Shown here one piece after another: positions 1 through 13,857 of a DNA stretch of 64,000 nt. The position numbers were made by a program, and so were the translations under genes. How positions within the stretch are numbered: the first letter of the stretch is position 1; every line of letters starts with the position of its first letter. The notes below the pieces were generated by a model. It had not been told where the DNA came from and did not search any database. It was given only the letters and a program-made list of their open reading frames with translations. Source of the stretch: Octopus vulgaris (Eukaryota); NCBI GenBank assembly GCA_951406725.2, contig OX597816.1, forward strand, positions 9,424,001 through 9,488,000, given 5' to 3'.

Positions 1-523
1 ATGTGTCTTATCAAGTACAGCAAATTGCCACATCTCCTGGGCCCTTGTCATTTCCGCAATGAGACCCAATGTCTGAAGATCCTTTCTCACCACTTCATTC
101 CGTCTTCTTGAGTCTACTCCTTCCACAGGTACCCTCCACAATTAGAGATTGGCATTTCTTTACACAGTATCCTCATCCATATGCATCACCTGACTAAACC
201 AGCACAGTTATCTCTCTTGCAGGCAACATCTGACTTCTCTTATAGCCAGTTTTCCTCTTAAAATCATTTACACTCTGTTGTGCATGCATACTGACATTAC
301 CCATCCAGCAGAGCATGCTAGCTTCATTTCTTTCAAGCCTTCACAAATCCTCTGTAGCCAAAGCCTATGTTTCACTGCCATGTAACATAGCTGTATGTAC
401 ACAAACATCACACAATCTGCCTTTCACTCTGAGGAAGGTAGAAGCTCTCTGAACTTCACTCAGCCTATTCTTATCCTAGCAACTACACTATCAGAACTTC
501 CTCCGCTACTGCTAACTTTGACC
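1..523 (-). mobile_element. RTE-clade LINE, 3' ORF fragment (degraded)
   Basis: Minus strand reads like the RTE C-terminus (..CVKKCQSLIVEGTCGR..EVVRKDLQTLGL..). Homologous to the plus-strand copies at 25480-26118 and 56840-57125. Confidence 0.8.
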
Positions 524-974
524 TTCTATTAGATCAAAGAAATTTAAGATCTTCGTCTGGCTGAACATTGTGGATTTTAGTGAAAGATAAAAAGAAAAGT
601 TCCTAATGTATGTTTACAGTCACATAATATTTGAGTGATGACAAATTATCAAGTAAAGCTCTGATATTAAATGGCTTTCAATTGACAGGAGTATTCCAAA
701 AACTATCAAGGGCTTCAACATATAGGATATAGTAATTAAAGGAGACCGTTTTTGGCTGCCTTAGGGGATTTATTTATTTCTGCTTGTACAATATTTGTTT
801 GCTTTGCATGATTTAATGGTTTTATCTGGTGAAGATAAGTAAATTTGTTAAATGTTAGTCGATTAGTAATATCAACAAACAAAGTTACTATACACAAAGA
901 AATGTCTCCACAGTGGTTCAGTTTGCAAAGCAATAGCAGCCAGTTCTCCTTCAAAATCTCATCCTTTTTACCGT

Positions 975-1152
975 GTTAATGATGGAATTGTTAGCATGCC
1001 AGGTGAAATGCCAAGCAGTATTTTGTCTGTCCTTTATGTTCTGAGTTCAAATTCTTCCAAGGCTGACTTTGATTTTCATCCTTTGGGGGTGGGGGTGGGG
1101 TCAATAAAATAAGTGCCAGATGAGTAATGGGGTTGATGTAATTGACTTAGCT
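975..1152 (+). mobile_element. SINE family B, degraded
   Basis: Contains gagttcaaat (B-box-like) and gactttg..tttcatccttt..gggtcaataaaataagtgccag, shared with the intact copy at 60560. Confidence 0.7.
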
Positions 1153-2980
1153 ATTCCTGGGTAAGAGCATAAAAGAAAAAATGCTGCATCTCTCTGCCAA
1201 GCCATGTTGAGTAAGTGTGGCAGAGAAAGCTCATTTAACCAGTATGATCTCAAGCTCAAACTCACGGCCTCCACATCAGACTAAGGTTGGAGGAAAGAAC
1301 ATGCTGAGCCCTTTGTCCTGCAGCAGACTGAACATAGACAATCCAATGACAGATACATTGGAACACTGGAAAATGTAGTCTCTGGGACGCAAAAAGACAG
1401 GTTGGGTCCAGATGGAATGTCTTTGATTATAGGTTTACTGGATCAAAGTAGGCTTGAAATTGGAACTCAACAACAGCAGTTGTTTGATAGCAACATGTTG
1501 GCTGTTGATCATCATTATCATCATTGTTTCAATATCAAATTTTCCATCCTTGCTTGGTTTAGGCTGGAGTAGGTCAGGGTAGAGTTTTCTACAGCTGGAT
1601 GATCTCTCTGATACCAATTCATGTCTGTTTTCAAGTGAGGTAATTATTGCCCAGTGTATTGAACAACAGCTTAGACATGGTTATACATCGAACTGGAAAT
1701 AAACTACACTGTGTGGATAGCTGTTTGTTTTCAAAGGCTGTGCAACAGCTCACAACATTATCGGAAGCCTGGACATGATTTTGTGGAAGACTGTAAGTAA
1801 AAAATACTATTTGCTTTCCAGGCCATTGTTTATAATTAGCAAAGATACATAAAAATGGGAGGAAATACAAAAACATAAACATAAACATGATAGATTTATT
1901 TCAGTTTCAGTCAACCAAATCCACCACTTACAATACTTTGGTCAGGCTAGGGTCATAGTAGAAAGCACTTGCTCATAGCGCCATGCAGAGGGACAGAACT
2001 CAAAACCACATGGTTTGGGAAGTGAACCTCTTGACTACACATCCATCCTATTGAGGTATATTAAAAAATTCATTAAATGATTTTTTTAATATTTTGTGAT
2101 GTAATCAGTACATAACTAAAATGAAGAATATTCTGGATATTAATAACATAAAAGTGGTTCTGGAGTATTAGGAGGACCGTAGGCTAAAATTACCTTGAGT
2201 AGGATTTCCACCCCAGCCCCATACAAATAACAGTGATCACTCTGTGGCTGACAGCATGTTATGTAACAGAAAATGTGTGCTAAAGCTTAAGCTTGTTTCA
2301 TGTTTTACAGTAGTCAGTGACTATGACAGTTTTCCCTCAGTAGAAGAACACTGGCTTTTCAAGGGTTTTGCCTATAAGAGGATTTGAATTCAGCACAACA
2401 TTGTAATGAAATAATACTATATTCATGCAGCTGTATGCTTTCACTTCTTGCAGATGAGTGGTCTACTCATCCTCTTCTTGAAAAGTATTGATGTTGATGA
2501 ATAACAATCTATTAACCAGTCAATTGGCAGATCTAGATTCTAATGATTTACCCAGCTGTTATCTTATAAACAAGGGCCATAGTATTCTGACTTATATTTA
2601 AACACAGACTTCCCTGTTGACAAATAGACAAATATACAGATGTATAGCAAAATGACAGATGACAGATATAAATCAAAATGAGATTTAATACAAGACATTT
2701 TTAAGATTACTAATATCACTAATTTAGTGGTTTGTATCAACAATAATCATCATCATCACAATTTTAATGCCCATTTTCTTTCTTCACTGTTGGGTGCATT
2801 TGATTTCATTATATTGTTCCCCACCCACTAGGGAGCAGTGCAGAAGTATGCCGAAATGATAATTGTGATGAAGAAAGTTTCTAGTACTCTCTGTCATCCA
2901 TATCAACCAGTTAGAATATATACATATATATATATATATATTTATACACACACATGCATACATATATACATACAGTCACA

Positions 2981-3027
<47 letters not shown>

Positions 3028-5122
3028 TCATACAATGGAATTCTTCCAGCTTCTATCTATTAAATCCACTCACAATGCTTTGGTTGGCTTGGGGCTACAG
3101 CAGAAGATACTGTGTAGTAGTACTAGACCCAAAATCGCATGGTCAAGGAAGCAAGCTTCTCAACTGCACAGCCATTCCACATGTAAATTGGCCACAGAAT
3201 TATTTGTAAATGTTTCCAGAATCCTAATCAAGGACTGATGATTGTATCATTTTCAAAAATCAGACTAAATAGAATACAATTAAATCTAAGTTTTCCAGAG
3301 ACTGTATTTTATTTCATTGAGAGCTATTAAAACATAAATGTCTTTATCTATTTCAAAGACAACAGAAGAAAAGAACATTATCATTTATAAATTCACAAGA
3401 TCAAAATAAATACCATTAGTGGAAGCTAAATAATTTCATAAATTATTTTAAAACTAAAGAGTTACCTGTCATATGATGAGCAAACTTTGGAAATATACTT
3501 TTGCCAATATAGGATAATAATAGGAAATATGGCTTAACTTTTATCAAGTTTCCCAAATAACGAATATTTATATCAGTTACTATTATATAGTAATAGTTTG
3601 AAGCATCGAACATAAATGTACTTTAAAAATTAAATATGGCAATAATTCAGAAATAATTTGAAATAATACATTTAATTGATTGAATATCCAAAATAATTTG
3701 GAAGTTGGAAATGTGAAAAGATTGTAAAAATAACCCCAAACAAAACAATTGTTGTATTAGTTTTCCTTTCATTGTATTTCTCGTAAATTTTAACATGAGT
3801 ATACTTCCTAAAGCTTCAAAAAGAGATGATAAAAATTTAACATAAAAATTTCCAATGAAAGGAAATCGATGGGAAAAGGCAAGAAGAATATTTGGAAAAA
3901 TTAGGAGCCTATCCTTTAAGCTAAAGATGAAACAATCCATTAGTAATTATAAAACCAGCAGTTGAGAAATTCTAATTTAAATTAAAAGAGTTCTGGGATG
4001 AATGATTACTAATTTCAGCACGAATCTATTTCTTTAGATGGCACCACTCTTTACGAGATCATTGACACAAAGTTTTAATTCCACAAGAGCTTGTTTATTA
4101 GGAAATGATGAGGATTTGTATGCAGGGATATTTAGATGTTCAGTTAAAGCTGAACAGCACTTTACGCGTTATCTTTGATCTGGAAAAATGTTTTATTTCC
4201 CTGAAAATTGAATCATAGAGTCTCCTTCACTAGATACCAACAAAAAAAAAAAAGGAAGTTGATTTATTGTAATTACAAAGCTGGTAATTTAATATGTTCA
4301 TGCAACAATAAAAATGTATAATTGTTTCATCTCACCAAAATGTCTTTATTATAAATAGAAAATTAAATTTTTTTTTTTTATTTCTACATAAAATTATGTT
4401 GCTGTGGGTCAATGATATGATTATAAAAATTTAGTTCAAAGAGTTTTGGTTTGATTGATTTTTATTATTTTAATTTCATGATTTCCTACTTAAAGAGAAT
4501 AATAATTTATGAAATAGAGGATTACAATATTTGTAGAAAAAAGTGAAAGAGGAGTGCATGAAATATATATTTTTTTTTTATATCAAGATTATTATTATTA
4601 TTATTATTATTATTATCGTCATTGTCATCACCATCATCATCATCGTCATTATATAAGCAACAGAGAGAATTGAGAGAGATGGAGTGTAAAGAAAATTTAT
4701 ATTTAAAGCAAAAATTATATTATACATCCACAAAATTCATTAGAATATTGAGTTAGCTATGTTTAATTAAAAAAACCTAATTGAGATAATACACTTATCT
4801 GTTGTAAAACAAATATTTTCAAATCATTATCACAGTTTACCATCTTATTTTGAAAATATTGAAGATTAGATTCATGTGTGTGTGTGTATGGGTTTGTGTA
4901 TGGATGTATATTTTATAATTCTGCTTTGCTATAGCAAGACTAATAACCAGTTATTAGACCTAAGTATACATATGAAGCATAGTGATGAGGTGGTGAGATG
5001 TCAATGGTGTCCATCATACCAGACTCTTATATGAACCAGAAAGTACAGAGCATAATATATCTATTTCTATTCATAATATCTTCCTTTCTTTCTCCCTCCT
5101 CCCTCTCTCTCTCCCTTTCTCT

Positions 5123-5163
<41 letters not shown>

Positions 5164-5647
5164 AGTTCAGCAAACAATTTAGATTCAAATGACTATGGTA
5201 CTTAATTTAGATGCACCAGAATTTTTTATTTTTTATGGTATTACCCATAAAAATATGCGGGTTGATTATAATCAAAAATAAGCAACAAGAATGAATCCGG
5301 TAATTTAGTACAATTGTTTCATGCTACAGCATTTTATTAAAAGCTGTAAATATTACAGCAGATTTAATATGTCGAGTAATCTTCAGCTAATTTTATATAG
5401 GTTGTCCAATAATATAAAGTTCTCAGATCAATTAGTAACATCTTAGGGAAGGTAAATATACAGATAAAGATGTAGATATGAATCTCAGGAATGTGAGGTA
5501 GTGTAGTTAGGATGTCAACCAGACCACAACTAAGTTCACAACTTTATATATATATATGCATATATATAGAGAGATAGAGATAGAGAGACAGAGAAATATG
5601 AAGAGACTGTACTGCAAGCAAATTTACACTTAAAACCGTATACCCTT

Positions 5648-6018
5648 TATTTATTTCAATCATTAAGTCATGCTGGGACACAGCCTTGAGTTATTTTGGT
5701 TGAAAAAACACAATCCCACTACATTTTTTTAAAGCCTGGTACTTCACATTTGAGAACTGCTAAGTTATGGGGATGTAACACACCAACACTGGTTGTCAAG
5801 CAGTGGTAGGGAACAAACACAAACACAAAGACACACACACACACACACACACACATGACAGACTTCTTTCAGTTTCTGTCTACTAAATCCACTCATGAGG
5901 TTTTGGTCAGCCCAAGGCTATAGTTGAACTCAGTTGCCCAAGGTGCCATGCAGTGGTACTGAACCTGGAACCATGTAGTTGGGAAGCAAACTTCTTACCA
6001 CACAGCCATACCTGCACT
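5648..6018 (-). mobile_element. tRNA-derived SINE family A
   Basis: Reverse complement of the family A head, core, (TG)n and tail. Confidence 0.85.
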
Positions 6019-6601
6019 TATGTAAAGATTTCTGTAACTCTGAGTCATAGAAAGTACAAAACTATTAGGGGGAAGGGGGCTTTCTGAGACAATAATACTA
6101 AGAAATCTCAATAACTTCAAGTGATCTGAGACTAAAATAATATCTGGGGATTTCTGCAATTCCAAGCAATCTTAGAACAGAAGCAATATATGGAGGTGAC
6201 ATTGATGGCAAGCAATATTAAGACAAAAAGAAATGTCTAGAGATTTACTAAATTAAAGTAGACTTAGGATAAAAATTATATCTCAAGATAACCATGGCTA
6301 CAATCTGAAATTGATATCTGGAGATTATCCCAAGAATTTTATGATGAAATCTTTCTAACTTCAGGCAATAAAACTCCAATCAATATATAGGCATTGCTTT
6401 GACTGCTGGCAACATTTGGCTGGAAAAGGTGAGAATGCATAACTGACAGGAATTAACAGAAAATGGAAATATAATTTCTTGCAGCTTTTGGAAGGGTTGA
6501 GTAGGGAGCTTTTATGAAAGGAAAGGTTCTCACATGTTTTGGCCATCTTTTTGAATTCAATATCTGACCACTTGTGGGTATCTATATAAAAAAATGAGCA
6601 A

Positions 6602-7029
6602 CAGGCGCAGGAGTATGTAAGAGTATGTGTGGTAAGTAGCTTGCTTTCGAACCACTTGGTTCCAGGTTCAGTCCCATTGCATGGCACCTTGGGCAAGTGT
6701 CTTCTCCTATAGCCTCGGGCCGACCAAAGCCTTGTGAGTGGATTTGGTAGATGGAAACTGAAAGAAGCCTGTTGTATATATGTATATATATATGTGTGTG
6801 TGTGCGTTTGTTTGTGTGTCTGTGTTTGTCCCCCTAGCATTGCTTGACAACCGATGCTGGTGTGTTTGCGTCCCTGTAACTTAGCGGTTCGGCAAAAGAG
6901 ACCGATAGAATAAGTACTGGGCTTACAAAGAATAAGTCCCGGGGTCAAGTTGCTCGATTAAAGGCGGTGCTCCAGCATGGCCACAGTCAAATGACTGAAA
7001 CAAGTAAAAGAGTAAAAGAGTAAAAGAGT
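6602..7029 (+). mobile_element. tRNA-derived SINE family A, near full length (Octopus OR/OK-type by recall)
   Basis: Head aggcgcaggag..gtgtggtaag with B box ggttcagtccc, CORE-like caccttgggcaagtg, internal (TG)n, tail gactgaaacaa(gtaaaaga)n. Confidence 0.9.
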
Positions 7030-7455
7030 AACACCCACAACTTTCAGAAACAGTTTTTTAATGCTCAAAACTGTTGAAGCATGGAATAAAACAACCTATA
7101 TTGGTGGTTACTTGTCAGGATACTGCATCCTTCCAAAATTCAATGCTTCCTGAAGTACAATGACTGAAATAAAATTTCACCAAGTTGAGTAAATCCAATG
7201 TTCAGAAGAGTGTGACAGATTAGGTATAGGCTACTAATTGTTATAATGTGAATTAAATTAGTTTAAGTAATAATAAGCTGTTTGAGTGGTAATAAAAAAA
7301 ATTTATTGATTTTAAAAACTAATTTAGTAGTTCCAGAAATGAAAGGAAATAATAATTTCAAAATCTACTGCTGTTATAACCAAATAATTTTTATGTGCTT
7401 GTAAAATAAAATAACAAATAATTATGATTTCTACCAAACTAAAATAAAGAGTTAG

Positions 7456-8129
7456 TGGTTCTGCAGAATGTGTGGGAAGAGGGTTGAAAGCGTGACTCAC
7501 ATTGTTAGTGCTTGTAAAAGTCTTACGCAGAAAGAATACAAGCATAGACATGACAAGGTAGCCCAAAATCTCCAATGGCTACTAAGCTGTAAGTATGGGT
7601 ATGAGGTTATGGGTGCTTGGTACCAAAATAGACCAGAAAAGGTAATGAATGAAAAGGGGAAGGCAAAAATCCTCTGGGACTTTGATTTCCAGACAGAGAA
7701 GGTGTTAGATCACTGAAATATAGTAATCTTTAAGAGGGACAAACAAGAATGCCTAATAATTGATATGGCAGTACCAGGAGATCAACATATCATCATGAAA
7801 GAAAGAGAAAAGGTTGACAAATATTGAGACCTGAGAACTGAGATTGCTAAGATGTGGCATCTACAGGAGTTGAACATACAGGTTATCAATATTGTCATTG
7901 GAGCTTTGGGCTCAATACCACCCAATCTGAAAAAAAACATCTGTAAACCTTAGAGATACTTTACAATCTAGATGTATTGCAAAAGTCAGCATTACTTGGA
8001 ACTGCATGCATATTGTGTAAAGTACTGTTTATTTGAGGTCCTTATTGTGACTTGACAAACAGTACAAACCCCAGGTAGACACAATATCTTCACTCAACAA
8101 CTTCATGATATTGTATACTGTGCAATGTC

Positions 8130-8130
<1 letters not shown>
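7456..8130 (+). mobile_element. R4/Dong-like non-LTR retrotransposon, 3' fragment (CCHC knuckle plus restriction-like endonuclease), pseudogenised
   Basis: CRMCGKRVESVTHIVSACKSLTQKEYKHRHDKVA..KILWDFDFQT..IIDMAVPGD..EREKVDKY..IVIGALG..LQKSALLGTA, with stops and a frameshift. Ends directly in (TAA)n, the known Dong target. Confidence 0.85.
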
Positions 8131-8180
<50 letters not shown>

Positions 8181-8358
8181 TTGGAATATAGTGCCCAGTA
8201 AAACTGCTACAAAAGGCTTGCATCCTTGGCATGGCCAAAATAACCAGGAAAGTATTAGATATCTGAAAAGAATGGATAGCATGGTACCATAGGCTGCAGG
8301 TAGCAAGCCTGCTACACATGCAAGGCTCCAGGAATTCCAACACATGTGATAAAAAGAA
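8181..8358 (+). mobile_element. Second R4/Dong-like 3' end
   Basis: KLLQKACILGMAKITRKVLDI* plus a short 3' UTR, flanked by (TAA)n on both sides. Confidence 0.7.
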
Positions 8359-8755
8359 ATAATAATAATAATAATAATTCTTTCTACTATAGGTATAAGG
8401 CCTGAAATGTTAAGGGGATGGGGCAAACTGATTATATTGACCCTAGTGCTTAACTGATACATATTTTATCACCCCCAGAGGGAATGGAGAATAGAATAAG
8501 GAAAGGAAATAATTAAGAAAAAATATATATATCTAATAATCTAAATAATGCACTGATATAAATCTGTACTACAGCTATTTTACTATTATTTTTTTTTTCA
8601 CCACAGAATGCAAGCACCTCCACATAACATATTTAATCGGAAATACACAATTCTTTTAAAATTATGTATAAGGAAGTGAATACTCATCTCCCAAACTGAA
8701 AATTCACTCAAAGGTGTCAATGTATAAGAACAGTGTGACATAACTGAATGAATGA

Positions 8756-8875
8756 TGCATAGCTGTGTGGTAAGAAGTTTACTTTCAAACCACATGGGCT
8801 AGTTCCTTCTACTACAGTCTCAGACTGACCAAAGCTTTGTGAGTGGATTTGGTAGATGGAAACTGAAAGAAACCC

Positions 8876-8935
<60 letters not shown>

Positions 8936-8962
8936 TGTGTGTGTGTGTGTGAGTGTGTATGT

Positions 8963-8994
<32 letters not shown>

Positions 8995-9218
8995 ATGCCT
9001 TTGTGCCTGTGTTTGTCTCCAACACCACCACTAGACTACTGGTGTTGGTGTGTTTAGATCCTCGTAACTTAGCACTTTGGCAAAAGACACTAATAGAGTA
9101 AGTCCCAGGATTAAAAAAAAAAAAGCAATGGGGTCAATTCAGTTGACTGAAATGCTTCCAGGCAGTGCCCCAGCATGGCTGTAGTCTAATGACTGAAACA
9201 AGAAACAAGTAAAAGAGA
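8756..9218 (+). mobile_element. SINE family A with expanded (TG)n
   Basis: Same head and tail as the 6602 copy; about 120 bp TG tract. Confidence 0.85.
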
Positions 9219-10550
9219 AGAGATTCACAAAAGAAACCTTTGAAAAAAGAACTAACAATGAAGAAATAGTAAACCAGTTGAAACAGAAGAAAGGTGAGAT
9301 GATAGCTGTTTCTAATGATTTGCTCATTATATAAAGTTATTTTAAAACAATCAAATAATTTTAAAAAAAATAAGTTTAGCAGATATTATTTCATTCTTAA
9401 AAATTAGCCTGAGGTGTTCATTAAAACTAAAATATTTAACAAAACAGTGATTGTGAACTATAGTAAGTCAAGTATCAAAAGACAATGCTTTGTGGGGTTT
9501 GCTTTGAATAAGGACTTTGCTAAAATTAAATATCCTGAATGAAAGTTTTGATAATAGATTCCACCATGAATTGTCTTATTCGTATTCTAAAGATGTTAAA
9601 ACATGAAATTGTTTACTAAAAGAACAGTGGAATGGAAAGGATTCATAGATTCATTCTTTATTCCAAGAAGTTCAAGTTGAATGACTTATCACTTATTCAA
9701 ATAAAATTTAATTCACAAATCAATACTTGTTTAAGTCAGATGCTATCATCTTTTATCTTTTACTTGTTTCAGTCAATAGACGGCAGCCATGCTGGGGCAC
9801 CACCTTGAAACATTTTTAGTTAAAGACATACTTCCGTTTTCAGTCAACAGTATAGATCAGCTGCTTATAAAGCAATCATGAAATAGGCTAGCACTATGGT
9901 GGATAGCCTAATATGAATATTTATGCTTTTAATACCTCCTCATTAAATAAACAATATTTTATGCATAACATAGATAAAATCCAAAGAACAGAAATAAATT
10001 TAAATATCATGAAGTATATATTATTGAATAATTTAAAAATATGTCTTTCTGCACAACACAGAGTAAATTAGAAAAGCTAAAATAAACTTGAATATGATAA
10101 CGTATATATATTATTGAGTAGTTTGAGAATGAATTTAATTTTGAATCATGAAACAAACTGATTAAGACTAGAAGCAATGATGAGAGAAGGTAGAGATGGC
10201 AGTAGATGTAAAAGAATAGCTTTATTTTATTCAAAAATGAACAGGTATTCTGTTTTCATATTGCCTATTATTGTCTTTATCAAATAGATTGAACAGACTA
10301 TAAAAATGAAAAGATGAAAAGCAAAAAAAAAACCAGAAAAAAACCCCAAAACTTAGAAACACTGTACATAGTAATTTTTGATGTTCATAAAAAATAATTT
10401 AATCTTCAGTGCCATACAATAATCTCCATATGTTATCATTTAAGAGCAAATGTATAATTGTTGTTGTTTCAACTAAACTCAGAAAGTATGAACCAATGAA
10501 AACAACTGAGAAACTGATCCAAAGACATCTTATTGTGCCAAAATATAAAT

Positions 10551-10583
<33 letters not shown>

Positions 10584-12394
10584 ACAATGACATTGATGAC
10601 AATTATGATGATTATGGTGATCATAATGATGGTGGTGATCATGAAGATGATCCTAATGATGCTGATTGTGATGGCAATGATAAAGGATTTTATACGAGCA
10701 TAATCTCTCTCAAATCAAAATAGAAAGATGGGATTTCATGACTTACATGTAATAACTAGAATCTTACTTAAATAACATTACCGTTTATAAGAAACAAAGG
10801 GGGCTTAGTTTTAGTTAAATGAAGCTTCTATTAATGAAGAATCTTGCCTCTCACAATATGTAAACATTTCTCATGGCACCAGCAGACAAAATGGAAAAGG
10901 CATTGCCCCAGAGGAAAGCGAGGGAGATACCCTGGAACAGCCACTCTGATTCATGGGGCTTACACTTGTGGACAGCAATCTCTGCCCTGATAACAGTGAG
11001 CAGGGATATAGTCTGTGAAATTGAAATTGAGCCCCTTCCATGGTCTTCTGTGAAATTGGTGCAGTAACATGGTGCCTAAAAGGCAAATCTTATTCCACCT
11101 CACTGTGTTAATAGCATTTGTTTTGTCACAGTTTTGAAGACATAATGTACATTACTGTTGCCAGGATTTGAACTTCAATCAATCATCTCGAAGCATTGCA
11201 ACTAGTGTAACTTTCTATGATTGGCATCAAGTCCCGCCATCCCCCACCCTTCTTCTGCCAGCAATAATAATAGCTACTATTACTAAATTAAGAAACAATT
11301 ATTATTATCAAAACTAACAAAAAAAAAAATCAAACAAAATTAGAATGTAAACAAATATATCTGTAGAATAATCCAATAGTTGAGTACAAAAGCAAATTTC
11401 CTAAGTAACAGATTCTGAATGAAAGGAAGTTTACTTTTTGTACTCAATAAACTTGATAATTTGTTTGGCAAAGATAGGTGCCAATATCCAGAATTAGTTT
11501 GAAAGGCGACTTGGCACTAATTTCCCTTCTTAAACTACATACTTCACCAGTTATTTATTACTGTAGACGGTTTTTTTTCTTCCTAAGCATATCCTGTAAA
11601 GTGTCCTGCTGCGAGGACAAATATTTGCTTAAGAGATGTATCAATTATATTACATAATGACTGTCGAATAATACAAAGAATATGGCGATTACTTAGTAGA
11701 ACAATGATTTTATCAAAATAGTACATTTAGCAGACACATTACAAACTTCTAATCACCAAAAGGTCTTATGTGTGTGTGTGTGTGTGTGTGTAGTTAAATA
11801 AACAGAAAAGATAATTGATATTTTATTTTTAAGCTTTATATATATATACACCTGGTTTGCATAAGCCAGCAACCCACATCCTTGGCATTATATAACAAAC
11901 AATAAAATATGATGTTCATTGCATGTCCTTATACTCACCAGTAATGCATGTTATGGGTAAGCAACAGTTGTACACCACAGTAGAGTGTGATAGAAGGAGA
12001 GTTAGTTAGATAATATTAAGATGAGAAAAGAGACAGGAAAAGAGAGAGGAAGACAGAGAGGGACAAAGACACATGCATATACATTTATGCATATCCACCT
12101 ATATCTGTAAGTATATGTGTGTGTGTATGTGTGTGTCTGCACGCATGTGTGTGTGCATGCATGTGTGTGTGTGTGTATGTATACATACAAAGATAGAGAG
12201 GGATGCATGTGTCTTTTACTGGAGCTGATAAACTTCATCCTGTTAAACTGACTTTCATGTAACCAATCATCAGACAAAAATTTCGGTTACATGAAACTCA
12301 AGGTAACAGTCCAGGAAGTTTTTCAGCTTAAACATATATTCGGTATTTATTTTACCTTCATGTGCTTACATATGTGTACTCATACACATGCATT

Positions 12395-12595
12395 CTTTCT
12401 TTCTTTTAATCATTTTAGTCATTGAAGTGCAGCCACGCTGAGGCACTGCCTTAAAGGGTTAAATCAGAATGGCTTAATACTTAATCTTTTTTAAGTTTGG
12501 TATTTATTCCATCTCTTTCGCTGAATCAATGAGTTACAGGGATGTAAACAAATCAACACCGGTTGTCATTAATATGCAGGTAAACATAAAGACAT

Positions 12596-12628
<33 letters not shown>

Positions 12629-12787
12629 ACATACATACATGGCAGGCTTTCATACAAATTTCATCAGCCAAATTCTCCCAGATAGGCTATAGTAGAAAAC
12701 ACTGGCCCAAAGTATCACGTAGTGGGACTGAACCCAAAATCTCACAATTGGAAATCGAACCTCTTAACCACACAGCCAAGCCTGCAC
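12395..12787 (-). mobile_element. SINE family A, degraded
   Basis: gtgggactgaaccc..aaccacacagcc head and an internal (CA)n. Confidence 0.75.
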
Positions 12788-13405
12788 ACATGCGCATGCA
12801 CACACACACACACACACACACAATGGTTGCTATCATTTCCCCTACCTTCTACACTAATTCTAACTAAAAAAATGTAAATGACTACAACTCTGCCACAGCC
12901 ACAATGATGATGTCCTCCGATAATGATGTTTTTTAATAATATTTTTCAATGGATGGCATGAGCTTGTGACACACCAAATCATAAATTATTTCATCTGTGT
13001 GATGCAAGGTTCTCATATCTTAACCTCACTTTTTTTTTAGCAATCTTTTTCTTCATTAAGCTCTCCTGCCCAATTGTTTTTACATGTGTGCAGAATGAGT
13101 TATGAGCTTAACAAAATATAAATCAGTTTGTCACACTCTACATTTATCCTAATTACCAAATCCAAATCAACACCACATATGAATGAAGTTGATGGCTGAC
13201 ACCATGACTGCTTAAAAACACAGAAATAGTTTGTTACTAATTTGAGGAAAAAAAATTGAAAATTACAGCATAAGGTGCTTTCCTACAGGGAAGAGAAATG
13301 AGGTGAAATTTTTTTCCTGTTAATGTTCTGCACGGGAAAATTAAATGAAGCACTTCATTAGCTAAACATTATCATTATCATTATTATTATTGTTATTATT
13401 ATTCA

Positions 13406-13857
13406 GGTGGCGAGCAGGCAGAATCGTTAGCACACCAGGCAAAATGCTTAGCAGTATTTTGTCTGCTGCTATATTCTGAGTTCAAATTCCACTGAGGTTG
13501 ACTTTGCCTTTCATCTTTTCGGGGTTGATAAATTAAGTATTAGTTGAGCACTGGGATTGAAGTAATTGACTTGCCCTTTCCCCACAAACTTCAGGCCTTT
13601 GCCTATAGTAGAAAGGATCATCATTATTATTATTATTATTATTAAGGTGATGAGCAGGCAGAATCATTAGCATGCTGGACAAAATGTTTAGCAGCATTTC
13701 ATCTGTTTTTTATGAGCTGAGTTCAAAATTTTGCAAAGATCGACTTTGCCTTTCATCCTCCAGGGCTGATAAAATAAGTACAAGTTGACCACTGGAGTTG
13801 ATGTAATTGGCTTACCCTGCAACTGAAATTGCTAGCTTTGTGCCAAAATTTTAAATC
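13406..13857 (+). mobile_element. Two tandem SINE family B copies (13406-13618 and 13646-13857) within TTA/TCA repeats
   Basis: Each starts ggtg.cgagcaggcagaatc.ttagca and contains gactttgcctttcatc...gataaa.taagta. Confidence 0.85.

Noticed and set aside
2454-2503. Plus-strand acceptor tttcacttcttgcag|ATG
   Set aside because: All frames close quickly and there is no good donor.
3466-4200. Unique block bounded by minus-strand cag acceptor and gtaac donor, including ORF 3647-3940
   Set aside because: No long open frame across it and no recognisable protein.
6361-6948. Longest ORF (195 aa) and similar ORFs at 21029, 28663 and 58556 sharing QASFSFRLPNPLTR..GTEPGTMW
   Set aside because: Antisense reading of SINE family A, not a gene family.
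9205-9296. Protein-like RFTKETFEKRTNNEEIVNQLKQKK ending at AAAG|gtgaga
   Set aside because: No acceptor; it abuts a SINE tail with in-frame stops just upstream.
10409-10723. Acidic D/G-rich ORF
   Set aside because: Degenerate (GAT)/(GGT) microsatellite.
10871-11086. Overlapping 64-aa and 71-aa ORFs in a GC-richer island
   Set aside because: No family similarity or convincing splice sites; kept only as a possible non-coding island.
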